Shown here: positions 37,424-42,987 of the stretch, piece by piece
How the letters are laid out: each line of letters starts with the position of its first letter
How positions within the stretch are numbered: position 1 is the stretch's first letter
Assembly: GCA_048621635.1 (NCBI GenBank)
Contig: JBMCWH010000004.1
Span: 1 to 42,987 of the forward strand
Reading direction: 5' to 3'
Source: Patescibacteria group bacterium
Lineage (GTDB): Bacteria; Patescibacteriota; WWE3; JAUXAW01; JAYEID01
DNA length: 42,987 nt
Program-made: the position numbers and the translations under genes
Notes under the pieces: model-generated
Told to the model about the DNA's origin: nothing
Databases searched by the model: none
The model's input: the letters and a program-made list of their open reading frames with translations, nothing else

Positions 37424-38191
37424 TTAGTCTTCGTTTTCTTCTTCCGGTTCATAGCTGACCGTTATTTCTTTTGTTGTTTTGTTTCCAGCTTCGTCTTCGG
37501 CTACTATTTTTAACACATTTTCTCCTTCTTCCAAGCGTAACTGGTAGTTAAATTTGCCCATTTTTGTATCTCCCTCTTTTTCCTCTTCAACTTTTGCCCA
37601 AAGTTTGTTTACTGTTACACGGATGTCTGGTTCTGTTATTCCTTTTATTTCAATTTTTCTTTCCTCTTCTTTTTCGATAGTTTTTCCATCTTCGGGTTGT
37701 TCGATAGTTAGCTTTGGTGGTTCGTTGTCAAAAATAACGGTCTGGGTTTTAGATATCCCACTCTTGTTTCCTGCTTTATCTTTTGCTTGAACTTGGAAGC
37801 TGTTTTCTCCTTTTTTAAGCTGGATGTTGTTGAAGGAGAAAGCCCCTTCGTTATCTACTAATGTTTCTTCTAATTTTTTCTCGTTATGAAAAAGCGTTAT
37901 TTTCGCTCCTGGTTCTGAAAAACCTTCTAGAGCAAGTGTTTGTTCTTTTACAGCGGTAGGGAGCGGCTTTAAGTACGGAGGGGCGGGTGGTATCTGGTCT
38001 GTTACTTGTTGGGTTTCTGTGTTAGGCGCAAGAATTTCCCAAAGGGTATCAATCCTTGAAAACAGGGGAATGGTTACAAAGAAGAGCAAGGTACTCACGG
38101 CAGTTATGCCAAACACAGCAAGGAGAAGCCTTTTTACAGCTTGCCATGTGTTTTGTGACTGTGGTTTGTAGTAGGATGTTCTTTTAGCCAT
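37424..38191 (-). CDS. Membrane-anchored protein with bacterial Ig-like domains
   Basis: N-terminal TM followed by two repeats ending GEN...A.D.AGN. Confidence 0.8.
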   Translation of the reverse strand: MAKRTSYYKPQSQNTWQAVKRLLLAVFGITAVSTLLFFVTIPLFSRIDTLWEILAPNTETQQVTDQIPPAPPYLKPLPTAVKEQTLALEGFSEPGAKITLFHNEKKLEETLVDNEGAFSFNNIQLKKGENSFQVQAKDKAGNKSGISKTQTVIFDNEPPKLTIEQPEDGKTIEKEEERKIEIKGITEPDIRVTVNKLWAKVEEEKEGDTKMGKFNYQLRLEEGENVLKIVAEDEAGNKTTKEITVSYEPEEENED

Positions 38192-38202
38192 GGTTTGTGT
38201 AG

Positions 38203-38278
38203 TGGAGCCGGGAAGCGGGCTCGAACCGCTGACCCACACTTTACGAAAGTGTTGCTCTACCACCTGAGCTATCCCGGC
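38203..38278 (-). tRNA. tRNA-Thr (CGT)
   Basis: Reverse complement GCCGGGA...ACACT-TTCGTAA-AGTGT...GGTTCGAGCCC...TCCCGGC-T-CCA. Confidence 0.95.
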
Positions 38279-38366
38279 AATACTGCTTTATTTTAGCACA
38301 CTATAAAATGCAGAATCAAAGCAGGTGCACTTTTTTTTGGATATTGTGTTAGGATAAAGTCAAGTT

Positions 38367-39041
38367 ATGAATGACAGCCATAGTCTTCGCGATTTTCCTC
38401 CAAAAGAACGTCCTCGGGAACGGTTACGAAATGTAGGTGCTGAAAATTTAAGTTTGCAAGAGCTTTTGGCATTGATAATTGAAAAAGGGGGTAAGAATCA
38501 AAATGTCCTCCAGATTGCTCAGAATTTGCTTTCTCATTTTGGTAATTTAGATAAATTAAAAGCAACTACCTTGGAGGAGCTGCAAGAGGTGCAAGGAATT
38601 GGATTTGCTACTGCTTGTAAGCTTAAGGCTGCTTTTGTTCTTGGTGGACGATTGAATAGTGATTATAAGATTTATGGAGAGAAAATTACTAAGGCGGAAG
38701 CTGTTTTTGACTTACTGGGGGATAAGTTGGCGAAGAAGAAAAAAGAATATTTTCTTGTCTTAGCACTTGATTCGCGACACAGACTACTTGCTGTAGAGGA
38801 AGTTGCGGTAGGATCTTTGAACGTTAACTCTGTTCATCCGCGGGAAATTTTTCTTCCTGTTATTTCTGCTCACGGTGCCTCAGCAATACTAGTTCACAAC
38901 CATCCTTCTGGGGATTCCCAGCCAAGTAATGCGGATATTAAAGTAACGAGGCAGTTGAAGGAAGCGGGGGAAACTTTGGGTATAAAAATACTAGATCATA
39001 TTGTTATTGGCAGAAATTCTTTTTGCAGAGTGAATGTTTGA
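38367..39041 (+). CDS. radC: RadC family JAB-domain protein
   Basis: ERPRERL...LS..ELLA, HhH VQGIG, VHPREIF, HNHPSGD..PS.AD, LDHIVIG. Confidence 0.93.
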   Translation: MNDSHSLRDFPPKERPRERLRNVGAENLSLQELLALIIEKGGKNQNVLQIAQNLLSHFGNLDKLKATTLEELQEVQGIGFATACKLKAAFVLGGRLNSDYKIYGEKITKAEAVFDLLGDKLAKKKKEYFLVLALDSRHRLLAVEEVAVGSLNVNSVHPREIFLPVISAHGASAILVHNHPSGDSQPSNADIKVTRQLKEAGETLGIKILDHIVIGRNSFCRVNV

Positions 39042-39099
39042 AGATATTTGCAATTCTTTGCAGATAATTGTGGATCATTGCTTATAGTTGTACGAGTTT

Positions 39100-39150
39100 A
39101 AAAAAAGTAACCTACCGGTTAATACTTACGAATAGTAGAACCGGTAGGTT
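39100..39150. terminator. Probable terminator between convergent radC and the small membrane gene
   Basis: 12-bp perfect inverted repeat aacctaccggtt/aaccggtaggtt, A run on the left and tttt on the right. Confidence 0.65.
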
Positions 39151-39178
39151 TTATGATTGATCTTGTGATTGTGAGATT

Positions 39179-39346
39179 TTATTTTCTTTCTTTCAAAAAA
39201 GATACAATACCAAAAATCAGAAACTGTAGTAGTGCAAGATGGCAGTAAATAAGGTACAATAGCCCGCACAATATAAGGAAAGGTAAACTACAAATGAAAA
39301 CTGCTAAGTCGAAAATTGAGCCCGCTTTTCGTCTTCTTATTAGCAT
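39179..39346 (-). CDS. Small hydrophobic membrane protein (55 aa, absent from ORF track)
   Basis: MLIRRRKAGSIFDLAVFICSLPFLILCGLLYLIYCHLALLQFLIFGIVSFLKERK; SD-like AAAGGGGGGAG, upstream TGCTACAAT, downstream hairpin with T run. Confidence 0.6.
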   Translation of the reverse strand: MLIRRRKAGSIFDLAVFICSLPFLILCGLLYLIYCHLALLQFLIFGIVSFLKERK

Positions 39347-39557
39347 TTTCTCCCCCCTTTAACATTTCGCTTTGTCTGTCTAGATTGTAGCATATCTAGT
39401 TTGGGATGTTAAAAAGGATATCATCTACATTTGCATTCTGTTGTCGGATGTGCGATAATGCACTTGTTTACTAATTGTTGTGCGGTATTTCAATCCCCGT
39501 AGATAGTTACTACTCTGAAAGAAATTCCCACGTTATTTGCAAAGGAGGTGAATTAAA

Positions 39558-39815
39558 TTGAATACTAGGCTTTATGTAGGTAACCTTGATTATAGTGTTA
39601 CCAATGAAGATCTTGGTGAGCTGTTTGCCGATTTTGGCGAGGTTGTAAGTGCTGAAGTTATTACTGACCGTGCTTCCGGCCGTTCCAAAGGCTTTGGTTT
39701 TGTTGAAATGAGTTCTGAGGAAGAAGCAGAAGCAGCTATGAATGCTCTTGACGGAACAGAACACGATGGTCGTACTATCAAAGTTGATGAGGCTCGCCCT
39801 CAAACTGATAGGTAA
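39558..39815 (+). CDS. RNA-binding protein (RRM/RNP-1)
   Basis: RNP2 LYVGNL, RNP1 KGFGFVEM, GRTIKVDEARP; TTG start after AAAGGAGGTGA. Confidence 0.94.
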   Translation: MNTRLYVGNLDYSVTNEDLGELFADFGEVVSAEVITDRASGRSKGFGFVEMSSEEEAEAAMNALDGTEHDGRTIKVDEARPQTDR

Positions 39816-40034
39816 ATTTCTTTGACGTTGCCAAACGTCAACTGATTGTAGCGGATTTGTTTAGTAGGGCTGTAATAAATGTCTGTCACGTTTTTTATGC
39901 TTTTTGGGTTTTTTGCAATTGTTTGTATCTTAGTGTAACGTTTCTCGATTTCTGCTTTATTAGGTAGATTAGATTTTCGTTTAGATTTTGTTTCTGATTT
40001 TATCAGCCTTTGATTGTTAAGTATTAGGGAAAAT

Positions 40035-40059
40035 TGCCGGAGGTTAACTACCTCCGGCA
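40035..40059. terminator. GC-rich hairpin, possible terminator
   Basis: tgccggaggt-taact-acctccggca followed by T-rich sequence. Confidence 0.5.
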
Positions 40060-40194
40060 TTATGTGTTTTTTCCTCTTTGCTATTTTCGATTTCAATTTA
40101 ACTTTTTTTATAAATTTTTGTTTTTTTGATATAAGTGTGCTTTAATCGAATTGCACTCAAATAATCAACACACCCTTCTAGAAAGGAGGGCAAA

Positions 40195-40554
40195 ATGTCA
40201 ACTGGAGAAAGGAGCCGCCTTGAGAATATTAGTGAAGCTGTGGAGCTTGCTGCTGAGGCACATTTTCAGGATAAAGGAAGGTCCCCGAAGGATCATTCCT
40301 TAGCCGTCGGTTCCTTGGTGGAAAGCGCTTTCTTGACTGACCCTGAAGATATTATTCGACTTGAAGATGTTTGCAAGGCTTATAAACAGGGCGAGATAGC
40401 AACGGGGGAGTTTTCGCGAAAACTTCAGAGTTTTTACGACAATGTGTCGGAAGATGTTTCTGACGGTATTGTTAAGTTTGGAGTTATGCAACAGCTAAGG
40501 GGTGTCCTTGAAGCAGGGCCCGAGAAGATGCGCGCTGCAAGGAGAGAAGTTTAA
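40195..40554 (+). CDS. Hypothetical protein (orphan, 119 aa)
   Basis: ORF with SD AAAGGAGG, upstream TGCTTTAAT and a downstream terminator; no family recognised. Confidence 0.7.
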   Translation: MSTGERSRLENISEAVELAAEAHFQDKGRSPKDHSLAVGSLVESAFLTDPEDIIRLEDVCKAYKQGEIATGEFSRKLQSFYDNVSEDVSDGIVKFGVMQQLRGVLEAGPEKMRAARREV

Positions 40555-40589
40555 GTTTATTAATAGGGTGTTGATTTGTAGTGCAAACT

Positions 40590-40627
40590 GGAAGTGCGGG
40601 TTATACCAATCCCACTTCCTTTTTTTT
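40590..40627 (+). terminator. Intrinsic terminator
   Basis: ggaagtg(c)gggtt-atacc-aatcccacttcc followed by a T run. Confidence 0.7.
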
Positions 40628-40701
40628 GGAGCGGTGGAAGGGGATTGAACCCTCGACCTTCTGCTTGGGAAGCAGATGCTCTACCACTGAGCTACCACCG
40701 C
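40627..40701 (-). tRNA. tRNA-Gly (CCC)
   Basis: Reverse complement GCGGTGG...TCTGC-TTCCCAA-GCAGA...GGTTCAATCCC...CCACCGC-T-CCA. Confidence 0.95.
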
Positions 40702-40834
40702 ATACGCCCCCACCACTAACCGGGTCAGACGTGGCCAACCGCGTCAAACGTAGTTCTTTGTCGGGGGCATAACTTGTATCTGTCTAATACTTTCTTCTGG
40801 CTGACAGCGGAAAGCTGTGAGCCCAATTCTGATT

Positions 40835-41380
40835 TTAGGGCAACACTAATGTTTGTCCAACCTCAATTAATGCTTGTGATCCGTCTGGTAGGTAGCCAAT
40901 TTGCTCGCTGTTGGCATCTCGAATCTTTGTCCATTCAAACCCAGAGCCATAACGCGCTTCTGCTATTTCCCATAAAGTATCACCGTTCTTTACCGTGTAT
41001 TCATCTTCTTCAATGTCGCCGGGCTTGTAATCTGTAGGTTGCCATGTGGCTTTTGCAGTATCTTCTTCTGTTGCTACTTCTTCTCCCAATTCTTCTAACT
41101 CAGTAACTGTTTCCCCTTCCGTTCCCTCAATTTGTCCTTCCTCCTCCTCCTCCTCCTCCTCCTCTTCTGTAATAATTTCAGCTCCTTCCTGTTCATTTTC
41201 TATTTCTTCTTCCAGTTGCTCTTCTACACCAGGCTGATTGTAAATGTCGCCTTCTTCTCCAATTTTTGAGAAGTAGTTGTATACCAAGAATCCCGCTATA
41301 ATTACAAGTATTCCTGCACCAACTGCTGCAGCCTTGCTTTGAAAATCTTCACTTTCTAAGACATCGTCAATTTCAGGCAT
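40835..41380 (-). CDS. LysM peptidoglycan-binding protein with TM anchor and poly-Glu linker
   Basis: YTVKNGDTLWEIAEARYG...W..I..AN...LIEVGQTLVLP; N-terminal TM; SD AGAAAGGA. Confidence 0.9.
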   Translation of the reverse strand: MPEIDDVLESEDFQSKAAAVGAGILVIIAGFLVYNYFSKIGEEGDIYNQPGVEEQLEEEIENEQEGAEIITEEEEEEEEEEGQIEGTEGETVTELEELGEEVATEEDTAKATWQPTDYKPGDIEEDEYTVKNGDTLWEIAEARYGSGFEWTKIRDANSEQIGYLPDGSQALIEVGQTLVLP

Positions 41381-41740
41381 TTTTTCCTTTCTGGGCAGTT
41401 ACAACTTCCAATAAATGATCTTTCCCTTTCTCTTGTTTTTCTCTCCTTCCTGAATTTGTTTTTTTCTCTCTTCTTTCAAGTTTTTGGACTTTTCTTTTGC
41501 TCTCCTTTGCGACAAGTTATCTAGATTTGCAGAACGGAGCTCCACTGATTCAAGATTTTTGGTTTCTTCTTTTATGTTTTAGAAGAGAACTATCTTGAAA
41601 TCTCTCCTTCAAAATCATTGTACCAAAAGGAATTTTTTTTCACAATCAGGAATTTTTAGTGGGAGATAAAAAGATTATCAGGTAGATTTGAGAGTGTGGC
41701 GTTAAGAAGGGTGGGCCCCTGAGCGGGGCATCACCACAGT

Positions 41741-41851
41741 GCGAGTTTCTTTTAGTCACCCTACGCATAAAGCTTCGGGTGACACTCCTTCGTCTAAACT
41801 CGCGTCCGGATGGCCGAAGACCACCCGTAACTCGTTAAGAGCGGAGGGTGG
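41741..41851. repeat. Nested hairpins in the tRNA-Asp 3' trailer
   Basis: gcgagttt/aaactcgc enclosing gtcaccc/gggtgac; ccaccc...gggtgg overlapping the tRNA CCA end. Confidence 0.55.
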
Positions 41852-41924
41852 CGGGACCGACGGGATTCGAACCCGCGACCTCTTCCTTGACAGAGAAGCG
41901 CGCTAACCGCTGCGCTACGGTCCC
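41849..41924 (-). tRNA. tRNA-Asp (GTC)
   Basis: Reverse complement GGGACCG...CTTCT-CTGTCAA-GGAAG...GGTTCGAATCCC...CGGTCCC-G-CCA. Confidence 0.95.
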
Positions 41925-41939
41925 TTGACTCACCTTGTT

Positions 41940-41968
41940 ATAGTAGCAAATTGTAATAACCTAGTCAA
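41940..41968 (-). promoter_or_regulatory. sigma70-type promoter of tRNA-Asp
   Basis: On - strand TTGACT, 17-nt spacer ending TGC, then TACTAT. Confidence 0.7.
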
Positions 41969-42507
41969 CAGCACTTGTGAATACTAACTTTACAGTGAAT
42001 CCCTTATCCTATCAGGCTCTCCAACGCAAAGCGTTGGAGAGCCGCATAAAATAAGGGAAAAGAAAAGATTTTGCGTAAACAGGTGGCTCCAGAAGCTTGG
42101 TTTTTGGAGCACTGTCAGTATAAGAAAAAACCAAGTACTCAAAATTGCTCTTGGCAAAACCGCTCTCCTGGCAGCATTTACTAGTACACGCTACAAGGAA
42201 ACTGTAAAACTCAAAGAGTGTATAAGTTTGGCCATTATAAATCCTGTTTTTGTAAATTTTGCTTTGATCGGTTACTAAAGATTTGTGAATAATGTACAAT
42301 ATACAATACATTGTATGGACTACAGTATTTTTACTTTGTCTACCTCTTAAGTCAAAGAGATTCTGAGTCGACTTTGTTGAAAACAGTCCACTTGATTACT
42401 GGGGTGATGCATCTGTCTTAGAAATGCCCCTGTTTCTCTTCATCAAATTCTGCTATACTTAAAGTGTTATTTGGCGATTATTTTCTTAGAAAGAAGGTGA
42501 TACAAAT

Positions 42508-42987
42508 ATGGCTATCGGTTTAATTATCTTTCTTGCGGTTGTTGGTGTCCTGATCCTTAGTATTTTTGGTATCTATAATTCTCTAGTAACTTTGAGAATG
42601 CGAGTGGAAGAATCTTGGTCTCAAATCGATGTCCAACTAAAAAGGAGAGCTGATCTTATTCCTAATTTGGTGGAAACTGCAAAAGGCTACATGAAGCACG
42701 AGCGAGCTATTTTTGAGCATCTAACGGAGGCGCGTAAGGCTATTCGAAAGGCAGAAGGAGCAGCTGAAGCACAGGAGGCTGATCGACAGTTGCGTAGCTC
42801 CTTGGATAGACTTTTTGCTTTAGCGGAGGATAACCCTGAGTTGCGTGCATCGGAGAACTTTGTTCATCTTCAAGAAGAGCTAGCTGATACAGAAGACAAG
42901 ATCGCTTATGCCCGTCAATTCTATAACACCAATGTGATGGAATATAACACTAAGTTGCAAGTCTTCCCAGCAACCTTGGTGGCAAAT
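42508..42987 (+). CDS. lemA: LemA family protein (runs off the window end)
   Basis: TM then YNSLV...WSQIDVQLKRRADLIPNLVET.KGY.KHE...P.LRASENF..LQEEL..TEDKIAYARQFYN. Confidence 0.93.
   Translation, partial: MAIGLIIFLAVVGVLILSIFGIYNSLVTLRMRVEESWSQIDVQLKRRADLIPNLVETAKGYMKHERAIFEHLTEARKAIRKAEGAAEAQEADRQLRSSLDRLFALAEDNPELRASENFVHLQEELADTEDKIAYARQFYNTNVMEYNTKLQVFPATLVAN

Noticed and set aside
38367-39041. radC as marker of an integrated mobile element at tRNA-Thr
   Set aside because: Full-length chromosomal-type RadC, located at the tRNA 5' side, with no integrase or att duplication seen
39800-40096. 98-aa - strand ORF from the track
   Set aside because: Explained by T-rich + strand composition; overlaps the RRM 3' end and hairpins; no recognisable domain
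41140-41170. (TCC)n microsatellite as a phase-variation tract
   Set aside because: Trinucleotide repeat encoding the poly-Glu linker of the LysM protein; length changes keep the frame
853-41237. Other short antisense or out-of-frame ORFs (e.g. 945-1277, 13335-13895, 16125-16733, 16799-17275, 21668-22102, 30886-31128, 40581-40772)
   Set aside because: Shadows of well-supported genes or tRNAs, with no independent motifs
41399-41545. 48-aa Lys/Glu-rich ORF on the - strand upstream of the LysM gene
   Set aside because: GTG start with no clear SD and low-complexity purine-rich sequence; cannot be supported
42012-42311. 99-aa - strand ORF from the track
   Set aside because: No family motifs or initiation signals, and it overlaps strong hairpins better explained as RNA structure

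Overview
Bacterial chromosomal segment, most likely from a Patescibacteria/CPR genome of WWE3/Microgenomates type. This is an inference from gene content, the L27/IleRS style and promoters placed directly before start codons; I could not run a taxonomic search. The + strand is G/T-rich and carries most genes. 1-16.8 kb: division/cell-wall (dcw) cluster (murE, murC, murB, murD, murF, mraY, ftsW, murG, ftsQ-like, ftsA, ftsZ), interrupted by an orphan gene, a nitroreductase, a 3-methyladenine glycosylase and REP-like palindromes. 17-24.5 kb: nucleotide-metabolism block of class III RNR (nrdD, nrdG), an APH/choline-kinase-like phosphotransferase, a tandem two-domain cytidylyltransferase-like protein, a HIT protein, a dCMP deaminase and an MtrA-like/thymidylate-synthase-like/DUF4346-like fusion whose nucleotide-binding residues are altered. 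This block is the best candidate for an uncharacterised system. 25-31 kb: ileS (GVHH motif), rodA, rplU with an HhH/alphaCTD-like extension, rpmA, lepB, tRNA-Val. 31-36.7 kb: surface-glycan locus (flippase, sulfotransferase, GT2, two O-antigen-ligase-family proteins). 36.7-43 kb: GGDEF protein, Ig-like protein, radC, RRM protein, orphans, LysM protein, three tRNAs, several structured intergenic RNA candidates and a truncated lemA. All family calls come from motif recognition by eye.
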